In this document: in pieces, positions 18,832 to 28,242 of the stretch
Position numbering within the stretch: position 1 is the stretch's first letter
Layout: each line of letters starts with the position of its first letter
Sequence record: SRR22947725_2412
DNA length: 47,087 bases
Direction: 5' to 3' (one strand)
Position numbers and translations under genes: made by a program
The notes under the pieces: generated by a model
What the model was told of the DNA's origin: nothing
Seen by the model: the letters and a program-made list of their open reading frames with translations, nothing else
Databases searched by the model: none

Positions 18832-19521
18832 ATGAAAGCTCTTTTTCTCATCCCGGCCCGAGGTGGCTCTAAAGGTATTCCCGGTAAGAATATTAAAGAA
18901 CTTGCTGGTAAACCGCTGATTCACTACAGCCTTGATTTAGCTAGAAACTTTGCCGATGACAAAGATATCTGCGTTTCTACAGATGATGAGAAAATTGGCC
19001 AGTGCGTCCAAACTACTGGGCTGGAACTGCCATTTTACCGCCCTACTGAATTAGCTACTGATGATGCCAGTAGTTACGACGTCATTATGCACGCCCTAGA
19101 GCATTACAAAAAGCAAGGGCAAATCTATGACACTGTTGTTTTATTACAGCCCACTAGTCCTCTGCGAACTCAAAAGCACCTTAAGGATATGCTTGACCTC
19201 TATACCTCTGATTTGGATATGCTCGTATCTGTCTCTGAAGCTGAGCACAATCCTATTTGTGTTAGTTTTATTGAAAATAACTCAGGTCACTTAGAACGTT
19301 TATTTGGCCAAGAGTCCACTCTACGTCAAGAGGTGCCTGCTGTTTATAACTACAATGGGGCTATATACATCATGAATGTAAAAAGTCTTGAGAACTCCAG
19401 CTACAATGATTTTTCTAAAATCCAAAAGTACGTCATGGATAACGAAAGCTCTCTCGATCTTGATTGCCCCTTTGACTGGGAGCTGATGGAATTTATTTTA
19501 AGTCGAAAAAGCAAAGCTTAA
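18832..19521 (+). CDS. neuA: Acylneuraminate (nonulosonate) cytidylyltransferase
   Basis: IPARGGSKGIPGKNIK, VSTDD, RPTELATD, LLQPTSPLR, RQ, NGAIY, SLDLD. Confidence 0.92.
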   Translation: MKALFLIPARGGSKGIPGKNIKELAGKPLIHYSLDLARNFADDKDICVSTDDEKIGQCVQTTGLELPFYRPTELATDDASSYDVIMHALEHYKKQGQIYDTVVLLQPTSPLRTQKHLKDMLDLYTSDLDMLVSVSEAEHNPICVSFIENNSGHLERLFGQESTLRQEVPAVYNYNGAIYIMNVKSLENSSYNDFSKIQKYVMDNESSLDLDCPFDWELMEFILSRKSKA

Positions 19522-19540
19522 TAGATTGGGAAGTTACTAA

Positions 19541-19738
19541 GACTTTAAACAGAAAATGACTGTCACTTCTGGTGGGTCTATCGCTGAAATTGGCTCCGAA
19601 GAATGGACTATAGAAGTGAATACCCCTGAGTCAGCCCCATCCCAAGGCCGTTATACAAAACATTATTATGAGGTTTATGCTGGCCTTGATTGCTTTGGCA
19701 ATGACCCCGATTCGGGCTGGATAAAACTCAACTTCTAA
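19541..19738 (+). pseudogene. Probable C-terminal fragment of an unidentified beta-rich protein, or a 60-aa small ORF from 19556
   Basis: Protein-like composition (WTIEVNTP...YEVYAGLDCFGNDPDSGW), no SD before ATG 19556, in-frame TAA at 19538-19540, own terminator downstream. Confidence 0.35.
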
Positions 19739-19747
19739 TTCTTTTTT

Positions 19748-19773
19748 AAGGGCAGATCTCTGCCCTTTCTTTT
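19748..19773 (+). terminator. Rho-independent terminator
   Basis: AAGGGCAG-ATCT-CTGCCCTT followed by TCTTTT, between convergent genes. Confidence 0.7.
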
Positions 19774-19775
19774 GC

Positions 19776-21176
19776 CTAAGCAATGATCTCGTCTACCACA
19801 TAACCTTCAACATCGGTTAAGCGGAAATCACGGCCTGAATAACGGTACGTCAATTCCTCGTGATCAAGGCCCATTAGCCTTAAAATGGTCGCATGAAGAT
19901 CGTGGACATGAACTTTATTCTCAACTGCCCCGAAGCCAAATTCATCCGTCGCGCCATAAATTGTACCGCCTTTGACGCCACCACCGGCCATCCACATAGA
20001 AAAGCCATGACTATTGTGATCCCGCCCCGGCCCCGACTGTTTATCTTTACCTGTTTTAGGGACCTCTACTGTCGGTGTTCGACCAAATTCTCCGCCCCAA
20101 ATAATAAGCGTTTCGTCTAGCATACCGCGCTGCTTCAAGTCTGTTAATAAACCCGCTATCCCCTGTGATGATTCAGCCGCATTTTTCTTGATATTTTTAT
20201 CGATATTAAAGTGATGATCCCATGGTTGTCCGGCGCCATGATAGACCTGTACAAAACGGGTACCTCGCTCTATTAATCGGCGAGCAATAAGTAACTGGCG
20301 GCTCTGAACAGTACTTCCATAAAGGTCGTGAATGTACTGTGGCTCTTTGGTTATATCGAAGGCATCAGTTGCTTCCATTTGCATCTTATAAGCCAATTCA
20401 AAAGACTGGACCCGTGAGTTCAATTGCTGATCTCCTTGGCGCGTACTCCCATGAAGCTTATTGAGTTTGCGAAGTAACTCGAGCTGCTTTTTCTGAGCAT
20501 CATAAGTCACGGTTTTATTTCGAACATTTTCTATAAGTTTATTAATGTCAGTATGTTTTGTATCTATATGAGTACCTTGATAAATCCCCGGCAAAAAAGC
20601 CGAACGCCAATTGCTCGAACCCTTAACTGGAAGTCCACCTGGACACATGGCAACAAAACCAGGCAAATTCTCATTCTCAGTCCCCAAACCGTAATTAATC
20701 CACGCTCCCATACTAGGTCGCGGCAAGGTAAGGTCTCCACAGTTCATCATCATCAGCGAAGGTTCATGATTGGGAACATTAGTGTGCATAGAACGAATGA
20801 CGCACATATCATCAGCATGGGGCCCTAACTCCTGAAAAAGCTCACTGATATCTATGCCGCTTTGACCATACTTTTTAAATTTGAAACGAGAGGCATAAGC
20901 TCCTGCAGTTTGTCTTTCGGTTTTTAAATGAATAGGTAGCTTTTTACCTTCATACTTTTCCAGCATGGGCTTAGGGTCGAAAGTGTCCATTTGCGAAGGT
21001 CCGCCATTCGCTAAAATGTGTATCACGTATTTGGCTTTTGGACGAATATGAGAAGGTTTTGCCAGCATAGGGTTATACCTTTTCTTCTCCATGGCTCCTA
21101 ATTGAGCTAGGCCCAACATCCCCATGCCCATTCCGGCACTGTTTAAAAAATCGCGTCTATTTATATTAATCGACAT
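19776..21176 (-). CDS. DUF1501 domain protein (Tat-exported)
   Basis: NRRDFL Tat motif, GGPSQMDTFDPKP, RPSMGAW, WDHH, GEFGRTP, GRDH, HVHDLHAT. Confidence 0.93.
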   Translation of the reverse strand: MSININRRDFLNSAGMGMGMLGLAQLGAMEKKRYNPMLAKPSHIRPKAKYVIHILANGGPSQMDTFDPKPMLEKYEGKKLPIHLKTERQTAGAYASRFKFKKYGQSGIDISELFQELGPHADDMCVIRSMHTNVPNHEPSLMMMNCGDLTLPRPSMGAWINYGLGTENENLPGFVAMCPGGLPVKGSSNWRSAFLPGIYQGTHIDTKHTDINKLIENVRNKTVTYDAQKKQLELLRKLNKLHGSTRQGDQQLNSRVQSFELAYKMQMEATDAFDITKEPQYIHDLYGSTVQSRQLLIARRLIERGTRFVQVYHGAGQPWDHHFNIDKNIKKNAAESSQGIAGLLTDLKQRGMLDETLIIWGGEFGRTPTVEVPKTGKDKQSGPGRDHNSHGFSMWMAGGGVKGGTIYGATDEFGFGAVENKVHVHDLHATILRLMGLDHEELTYRYSGRDFRLTDVEGYVVDEIIA

Positions 21177-24051
21177 ATAAAAACTCGTTACTCATCATTA
21201 ACACCTGCGCTAACCCATCAAAGGCACTATAATTTGGCCGCTTCTGTTGCTTCTTAAAATCTTGACTGATAGGAATTTTTTCATTAGAAGTAGGCATCGT
21301 CATGGCCATTTCTACTGGCCACAAAAAGGCGTCTGAATTGGTCGAGTCCTTAGCGTCAACAATCAAGTCTATATAATCACCCGCCGCAACTTCTATATTT
21401 TCCAATTCTGTCGGAACAGAGCCGGCACGACAGTCCCATTCCCCCAGCTTTTGGCCATTATGCATAATCAACACTCTAACTCCATCTCCCTTTGTACTGG
21501 GGTGCTTGAGAAGACCACTAATAGAAAGCTTACCTGTCTTATGCATTTTGCAGCGACGAACAACGGCAATATTATCTTTACCGGGGTGCCCTCCGCGCTC
21601 TGTCAACATGGCATGGCCGAGCTTTTTATTTGGAAAGCTTTTGCTAATCTGCCAACGAGATTTATTAAAGAAAGTAAACTCAGTAAATTCCTGTAATTTA
21701 TCGTCATCATTAAGAGTCGCGAAGCCAAAGAGCCACTCAGGTAAGACGCGCTCCTTAAAGGATGCCTCTGACTCAATTAAATACTTTTGGCAAAATTCAA
21801 CCTCCTCAGGCAGAGGGGGACGACCATAAACGCGCTTAAATACTGCCTCTATTTTCTGAAGGCGGTCACCTTTAAGTGGACCTGAAATCATCCGCGAAGA
21901 ACGCAACATAAAGGGCGAATTCATTAAAAATAAGCCTTGCTGCGGAACAATTGTATTCGAACGCGATTCACAGGTGATTTCAGCCGCAGGAAAGTCAAAT
22001 GCTTTAGCTGCACCGGATATACCGTCGCGTTTGGTAAAGCCATAAATCGTTCTGTGGGGCTGATACTTACCCAAAAGAAGCGTTACTGAAGGCCCACCCT
22101 TAAAACTCGCCAATTTCCCCGTGGATTGCACTACTGAGTCACGCAACTCTTCCCAGCCGAGGCGACGACGATTCATTTTCCATAAGTAAATATTGGCGCC
22201 ATCTTTTTCGGCCATATCTGGACGAGAATCACTCTTTTGTTGATAAACTGCAGAAGTCATAATCAGCTTATTTAATTTTTTGATAGACCAACCATTTTCA
22301 ATGAACCAACGAGCTAGGTGATCTAATAATTCAGGATGTGAAGGCTGACTCCCAAGAGCACCAAAATTGCTCGGTGTATCAACTAATCCACGGCCAAAGT
22401 GCCAATGCCAAACCCGATTCACCAACACCCTTGCAGTCAAAGGATTTTGTGGATCTGCTATACTTTGAGCTAATTCTAAGCGGCCACTACCCTTAGTAAA
22501 TTTTTCGTGTGATTTTTCATAACTCAGAGCCTGTAAAAAGCGACGCTCAACAGACTCCCCACGACTCGCCTTATTACCGCGGATAAAAATATAAGGTTTA
22601 ACAGGTTTTGCTTTATCTTTGACTACCATAGCCCGACCTGGAGAACCATGGCTCGAAAAATGGGCCTTCAACTTATTATCTATTGCTGTTATTTTATTAT
22701 CCTCGGCATTACTGGCGTAACGCTTCACATCATTTGACTCAATTAATTTTCTAAATGAATCACCAGCAAATGAATGATAAATCTTGGGGTATTTCTCTTT
22801 GTTTGCGATAACTTTTTGAATAAGCTTTTCATATAAAACAAAGAGATCATTTTTAGTTTTTACAGGAACAGAGCGAAGTGCCTCTTTTAGGACCGGAGCA
22901 GTAGACTTAAGCTTCAAAGTCGCCGCTACCAAGTCTGGAAGCTTATTTTCATCTCCATTTAAAAACTTATTCCACAAGCCAAAAAATGGGTCCTTCTTGC
23001 GCTGGCGGAAAAGGAAAAGTTTGACATCTGCCACTAGCGTACGACGCATTTGCCGGCCAGAGCTATCAATCAGCTTCAGGTTTTTTTCTCCTGCTTGAGT
23101 TCGGCCTATATAATTAATGTACTCATGAGCGAATTTTTGCCAATCTGCAAAAAAGCCATCGCGATACTCCTGATAAATATCGTCTTTTTCGGCCTTGAGT
23201 TTGGCAGCTTCTTGCTGATATTTTGCATAGAGCTTCTTGTCAGTTGGATAAGAAATAACCGGTAATTCTTCTGCCTTAGGCTCGAAGGTGCTGGCAAAAA
23301 TACCATAGAGGGAATAATAATCGGCCGTCGGTATAGGGTCAAACTTATGGTCATGACAACGGGCGCAGGCAACGGTCAGGCCAAGAAAACCCTGAGTTGT
23401 CACATCGATTCGATCATTGATAATTTCCTGTTGCCGGTTTAAAAAGCGCTCCGCGGCAGTCTGAAAACCAAGAGCAGCCAGGTCTCTTTTGTCTTGTAGT
23501 TTAATTTGGTCGGCTGCCAATTGTTCAATAATGAAGTCTGTATAAGGCTTGTCCTGATTAAAAGCCCGAATTAGGTAATCTCGATAGGTGTACGAAAAGG
23601 GGTAGTTCTGGTTTCTACCGGCAGGCAAAAAGCCCATAGTATCGGCAAAGCGCGCAACATCCATCCAATGACGGGCCCATTTCTCTCCATACTCAGGTTG
23701 AGCCAATAACTTATCAATCAATTTTTCGTAGGCCCCCTCAGAAGAATCATTCTCAAATTCAGCAACTTGAGCAGCTGTTGGGGGCAAGCCTATGAGATTG
23801 TAATACGCGCGGCGAATTAAAGTTCTCTTATCGGCCTTTGCAGAAGGTGTCAGTGACTTATTCTTTAATGACTGCAAAATATAATGGTCGATGTCTGTTT
23901 GACACCAAGAGTCTTTTTGGGGTATCGGCTTTACCGCTAAAGCTTGCAGCGACCACATCTCTGATTTTTGCTTTTCCAAAATTTCAGGAGAGATCTCGTA
24001 GGCTCCAACCGAGTAGGATATAACACAAACATAGAAAATAAAATTCTTCAT
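21166..24051 (-). CDS. DUF1549 + DUF1553 (PSCyt2/PSD1) protein with CxxCH
   Basis: RTLIRR..GLPPT, YGEKWARHWMDVAR, CARCHDHKFDP, SGRLELA..NPLTARV.VNRVW, PSHPELLD; ATG 24051 follows GAGGAAG (track start 24063). Confidence 0.93.
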   Translation of the reverse strand: MKNFIFYVCVISYSVGAYEISPEILEKQKSEMWSLQALAVKPIPQKDSWCQTDIDHYILQSLKNKSLTPSAKADKRTLIRRAYYNLIGLPPTAAQVAEFENDSSEGAYEKLIDKLLAQPEYGEKWARHWMDVARFADTMGFLPAGRNQNYPFSYTYRDYLIRAFNQDKPYTDFIIEQLAADQIKLQDKRDLAALGFQTAAERFLNRQQEIINDRIDVTTQGFLGLTVACARCHDHKFDPIPTADYYSLYGIFASTFEPKAEELPVISYPTDKKLYAKYQQEAAKLKAEKDDIYQEYRDGFFADWQKFAHEYINYIGRTQAGEKNLKLIDSSGRQMRRTLVADVKLFLFRQRKKDPFFGLWNKFLNGDENKLPDLVAATLKLKSTAPVLKEALRSVPVKTKNDLFVLYEKLIQKVIANKEKYPKIYHSFAGDSFRKLIESNDVKRYASNAEDNKITAIDNKLKAHFSSHGSPGRAMVVKDKAKPVKPYIFIRGNKASRGESVERRFLQALSYEKSHEKFTKGSGRLELAQSIADPQNPLTARVLVNRVWHWHFGRGLVDTPSNFGALGSQPSHPELLDHLARWFIENGWSIKKLNKLIMTSAVYQQKSDSRPDMAEKDGANIYLWKMNRRRLGWEELRDSVVQSTGKLASFKGGPSVTLLLGKYQPHRTIYGFTKRDGISGAAKAFDFPAAEITCESRSNTIVPQQGLFLMNSPFMLRSSRMISGPLKGDRLQKIEAVFKRVYGRPPLPEEVEFCQKYLIESEASFKERVLPEWLFGFATLNDDDKLQEFTEFTFFNKSRWQISKSFPNKKLGHAMLTERGGHPGKDNIAVVRRCKMHKTGKLSISGLLKHPSTKGDGVRVLIMHNGQKLGEWDCRAGSVPTELENIEVAAGDYIDLIVDAKDSTNSDAFLWPVEMAMTMPTSNEKIPISQDFKKQQKRPNYSAFDGLAQVLMMSNEFLYVD

Positions 24052-24242
24052 TCTTCCTCGCACACATAGCTCATTTTACTTATGTACTCATAAGTCTTGA
24101 GTTAATTACACACATCTTAAAATAAGTTCACACAATTCTTATTTTAGGAAAGTATAATGTATCACCAAGCCTAAAGAATATGAAATTTTTGGATTCTTTT
24201 TGTACTTTTCGCCTTAATTTCAACTCTGGTAAAAAAAGCCTA

Positions 24243-26114
24243 TTACCTTAATTTCTTCATCAAAGCATCAATGCGCTCTTTCTCTTTACCATCAGCGATA
24301 GACTTTACCTTTTTCAATAAATCCTTTTTCTTCTCTGAAGAATAATGAGAGTTGACAACTAATGACGAAAGACCTCGACTCATTAAAATTCTACTCGAAC
24401 CTTCGGCCTTATGAGCCATTTCAAGTAAATCTGAAAATTGCCGGATATCGCTCCACTTAGATAAGGTCCTAAGAGCTTCTTTCTGAACTTCTTCCGAACC
24501 ACTTTCCTGTAATTTCTTGAGGCCTTTAAAAGCAGAATCCCCACCTATGCGGCTCAAAACCTGAATAAGAGATAAGTTGGCCTTACTGCTCGAACCAACG
24601 CTAATAGTTTTCAAAACTTCTGCGGCAGCGTCCTCACTTTGACCAAAGGAAGCAGTCACCAAAGCCGCCTGATATGCTCGTAATTGACTCGAAGTAGACG
24701 ACTTAGACATCAAGGTCAAAAGCTGAGGAAGCTGACGGTACTCTGCAATACTTTTCAAGGCTGTGAATGCCGCTTTACTCACTTTGCTATCCGAATCAAG
24801 CGTCGCGTTAAGAGCCAAATCTGCGTTAGCTGAACTGCTCTTAGCTGATAATACTTTTAAAAGAAGAACTTTAGCAGCAGGGGTCGCTGTTTCATAAGCC
24901 GACCTTAGTGCATTAGACGACTTGTCCGAGGGAATGCGCAATAAAGCTGCTGATGCTATTTTTTGATCTGTTTCAGTCCCTTTGAGAACCAATTTGATCA
25001 ATGCAGGAACGACGACAGTAGGCTTTACCTTGGAGCTCAACCTTGCGGCTACTTTACGCAAAGGTTCAGAATCACCTTCAAGACATTGAGATACCAAATG
25101 AGAGGCATCTTTATGCCCCCGTTCCACAATGATCTGCAAGGCGAGCTGCTTGAAAGTTAAATTCTGACTCGGAAAGGCCTTAATTAACTTGTCGTTCACC
25201 GTAGGGTCAGAACTATTCTGTAAAAATTGACCCACACCTTGAGCAATACGGAAATTGTCATCTCCAAGGTGATTATTTATCAAATCATCAGTAAAGTCAG
25301 TTCCTTTGATTTCATAAAGTGAGGCCAAGCCATTTATATAAAAGTGAGGCGCCTCATTTTTTTCGAAAGACGACAGAACACTTAAGACATGATTAATAGC
25401 GTCATCTGCGTCAGACTGAGCTAAATTTCTAGCGTATAAATAATTCCAATGGTAAGCCTTACTTAGATAGTATGACTTTTCTTTTTTTAAGGCCGATAAT
25501 AAAATAGAGGCAGAAGAACTATCGGCGATATTCCCTAAAGAGCGAAGTGCTGCATAGCGCACAGAATGATCTTTAGATAGGGCTAACTCTTCAAGTAAAT
25601 CAACAGCGCTGCCCGAAACTAAACGGATAGAGCCCAATGCCTTAATAATTGCTAATTGATTCTCTCCCTTAGCTGTTTCTAGGGCATCAGCAAAAACGCC
25701 GGCTGCACCACTGGTCCCTAAAAAGGAGTCATCCGCTGCTATTAAGGCAAAGTGAATAGTCTGCAAGGCAATGGCGGCATCCACACCCAGATCTTGATCA
25801 TTCAGTAAATCACCTAAAACTTCCATCGAAGCCGAGCCGCCAACAAGCTTAAGTTCGTGAATATAAAACTGACGGACGCTTTTTTCTGTACTGCGCGACA
25901 AGGCGTAGATTAGATCGGCCTCATGCTTAGCCTGAAGCAGAGGATCCGTTGCGGCCCGATGAGTCGCGTTGTGCAAGGCTAAGCGGGCTTGAGAATTATC
26001 GGTATTCTTTGTCCACGGTTTTACTGCTGAAGTCAAGCTTGTATCGGGGACATACGAATTGCAAGAAAATAGCGCGAGTGCTGTCAGGGCAGATATTGAT
26101 AACTTTTTAATCAT
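24243..26114 (-). CDS. HEAT-repeat lipoprotein
   Basis: Lipobox LFSC at about aa 15-18; repeated helical units (VRYAALRSLG, VSKAAFTAL, VQKEALRTL). Confidence 0.8.
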   Translation of the reverse strand: MIKKLSISALTALALFSCNSYVPDTSLTSAVKPWTKNTDNSQARLALHNATHRAATDPLLQAKHEADLIYALSRSTEKSVRQFYIHELKLVGGSASMEVLGDLLNDQDLGVDAAIALQTIHFALIAADDSFLGTSGAAGVFADALETAKGENQLAIIKALGSIRLVSGSAVDLLEELALSKDHSVRYAALRSLGNIADSSSASILLSALKKEKSYYLSKAYHWNYLYARNLAQSDADDAINHVLSVLSSFEKNEAPHFYINGLASLYEIKGTDFTDDLINNHLGDDNFRIAQGVGQFLQNSSDPTVNDKLIKAFPSQNLTFKQLALQIIVERGHKDASHLVSQCLEGDSEPLRKVAARLSSKVKPTVVVPALIKLVLKGTETDQKIASAALLRIPSDKSSNALRSAYETATPAAKVLLLKVLSAKSSSANADLALNATLDSDSKVSKAAFTALKSIAEYRQLPQLLTLMSKSSTSSQLRAYQAALVTASFGQSEDAAAEVLKTISVGSSSKANLSLIQVLSRIGGDSAFKGLKKLQESGSEEVQKEALRTLSKWSDIRQFSDLLEMAHKAEGSSRILMSRGLSSLVVNSHYSSEKKKDLLKKVKSIADGKEKERIDALMKKLR

Positions 26115-27409
26115 TATTGAACTCCCCCATCGAGATTCCAGTCACCTCTCATTGGTTGATGAATAAATCTATTGGCCTCATCATCATTTATATATTGCTG
26201 GCTGTCAGGATCAAAATGAAGTGTTCTATTTAACTGCAAAGCTGTAATCGCCATGTTGAGTAAAGTCGTCGACCTATGGCCATTGACTTCATTTAAAGCG
26301 AATTTTTGACGTGTCCTAACACACTCGTGGAAATCGCTATTTTGATGCTCTAAATCTGGCATCGACGGGATCATCTCACGCAATCTCGGTATAGTGGAAC
26401 GGAAACCTTTATAAATACTGCCTTTAGAACCCTCAATATAAGGTGCATTCACCATGCTGTTATTGCCATCGAGAATAATCTGAGTTTCATCTGCATAAGT
26501 AAAAGTTACTTTTCGCCACACCTTAACGGCATCGTGATGCTGAGGGTCAGTATCCACTTCAACTTTTACAGGGCAAGTATGGTCCTTGTCTAAATAATAC
26601 TGAACTGGATCTAGATAATGCATACCCATATCGCCAAGACCACCGCCATCATAATCCCAATAACCTCTAAATGATTGATGAACTCTGTGCTTATGGTAAG
26701 GCTTCGCCGGTGCCGGGCCTAACCAAAAATCGTAATCGAGCTCAGAAGGAATCGCTTGGGGCTCAAGATTATAACGACCACTCCACATGTCAATTTTCCA
26801 GTTGAAGCCTTGGTGCTTACCAATGGTAATCTTTAAAGGACCACCAAGTACGCCACTGCGAACAACTTTCTTTATTTCATGAGCGGTTACACCCGAACCA
26901 TAAAAATTACTTCCAAGTCGAAACCAGGTATTGATACGAAAAATAGTCCCATTGCGACGACAGGCATCAATCACCTTTTGCCCTTCTCCAATCGTTCTGG
27001 TCATCGGTTTTTCACACCAAACGTCTTTACCTGCATCAGCCGCTGCTATGGATTGGAGAGCATGCCAATGGGGAGGAGTAACGACACTGACAATATCTAT
27101 ATCATCACGCGCCACCATTTCACGAAAATCGTGATAGGTATCCACTTTAAAGCCTTGTTTAGCACAAGTTCTGACGCCATTCGCTAAATGCTTTTTATCG
27201 ACATCACAAATCGCTAGAATACGCGAGCCTTTATACTTCATATGACTTTGGGCCATACCACCACTACCAATAATCGCCCGAGTCAATTCTTCACTTGGAG
27301 GAGTATAACCAGGACCACCCAAAACTCTTCTTGGCACGATATTAAAAATACTTGCGGCGGCTGTCGCACCCTTGATTAAAGTTCGACGATTTAAATTGTT
27401 CGCGGCCAT
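26114..27409 (-). CDS. Gfo/Idh/MocA family oxidoreductase (Tat-exported)
   Basis: NRRTLIK Tat motif, IIGSGGMA, TPPHWH, CEKPM, WLGPAP, DMGMHYLD. Confidence 0.93.
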   Translation of the reverse strand: MAANNLNRRTLIKGATAAASIFNIVPRRVLGGPGYTPPSEELTRAIIGSGGMAQSHMKYKGSRILAICDVDKKHLANGVRTCAKQGFKVDTYHDFREMVARDDIDIVSVVTPPHWHALQSIAAADAGKDVWCEKPMTRTIGEGQKVIDACRRNGTIFRINTWFRLGSNFYGSGVTAHEIKKVVRSGVLGGPLKITIGKHQGFNWKIDMWSGRYNLEPQAIPSELDYDFWLGPAPAKPYHKHRVHQSFRGYWDYDGGGLGDMGMHYLDPVQYYLDKDHTCPVKVEVDTDPQHHDAVKVWRKVTFTYADETQIILDGNNSMVNAPYIEGSKGSIYKGFRSTIPRLREMIPSMPDLEHQNSDFHECVRTRQKFALNEVNGHRSTTLLNMAITALQLNRTLHFDPDSQQYINDDEANRFIHQPMRGDWNLDGGVQ

Positions 27410-27593
27410 GAATCACTCCTGAAATTTAGCTGTCCTGTCTTGTGTGAAGCTCTCAACACCAACTTCTCACCCCTACTAACTATGTATCTCAATAAAGCCG
27501 AGTAGATCTTCCAAGGCAATGTGATTCACAACTATTTTTTCTACAGATTTTGGGCTAATCAGGGAATTTTAGATGGATACAGCAACATTCGAA

Positions 27594-28175
27594 CTATTTA
27601 CTGTTGAAATGGCTCAATAATAAAGCGACGTCTATCATTTCTTTAGAAGTCAATTTTGGTAAACTTTCTTTACTGTGCAAACGCTGGCCTTTCTGAAATT
27701 TATTTAGTTGATTGATGATGTACCAATCAGGCTGCTTGTTTAAGGCAGGCACTCTTTGAGCTTTGTCGCCCTGCCCCACATCACCATGGCATGTACGGCA
27801 TTGATTATTATAAAGCACGGAAGCCTGTGCTGATGGTTTCAGAATAGACTTAGAACGCTTTGCTAATGGGGGCAAGCTCTGAATATAACGCCCTAAAAAA
27901 GCAATGATGCGATCATCCAATTTCAAGGCAATATTATGCATTAATTGACCGCTCTCATCGGCATGTATGCCACCGCGTTCACCAATGCGAAACTTGCGCA
28001 GTTGTTCACTCACATACCAACGGGATAAACCTGCAATAGATGGGGCTTTCATAGCCTCAATACCGTGACCATTGGGCAAATGACAGGGCGTACAGCTTTG
28101 GGTAAACTCCAATTGTCCCGGGTCTTCTACTGCTGAAAGAGAAGTGACTAAAAGTAAAAAAAGTAAAGTCTTCAT
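27594..28175 (-). CDS. Diheme cytochrome c (c4/c553-like)
   Basis: Signal peptide; CTPCH and CRTCH; PSIAGLSRWY and PALNKQPDWY repeats. Confidence 0.88.
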   Translation of the reverse strand: MKTLLFLLLVTSLSAVEDPGQLEFTQSCTPCHLPNGHGIEAMKAPSIAGLSRWYVSEQLRKFRIGERGGIHADESGQLMHNIALKLDDRIIAFLGRYIQSLPPLAKRSKSILKPSAQASVLYNNQCRTCHGDVGQGDKAQRVPALNKQPDWYIINQLNKFQKGQRLHSKESLPKLTSKEMIDVALLLSHFNSK

Positions 28176-28242
28176 TTTTTAAATAGGCAAATTAAATATA
28201 TCTTTAAAATAGCATCTATCGCTCATTATTACAAGAAAAGGT

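Noticed and set aside
27520-27530. TGTGA-T-TCACA as a CRP/FNR-type site
   Set aside because: Spacer is 1 bp rather than 6; the similar sequence at 32402-32415 is part of the trxA terminator stem
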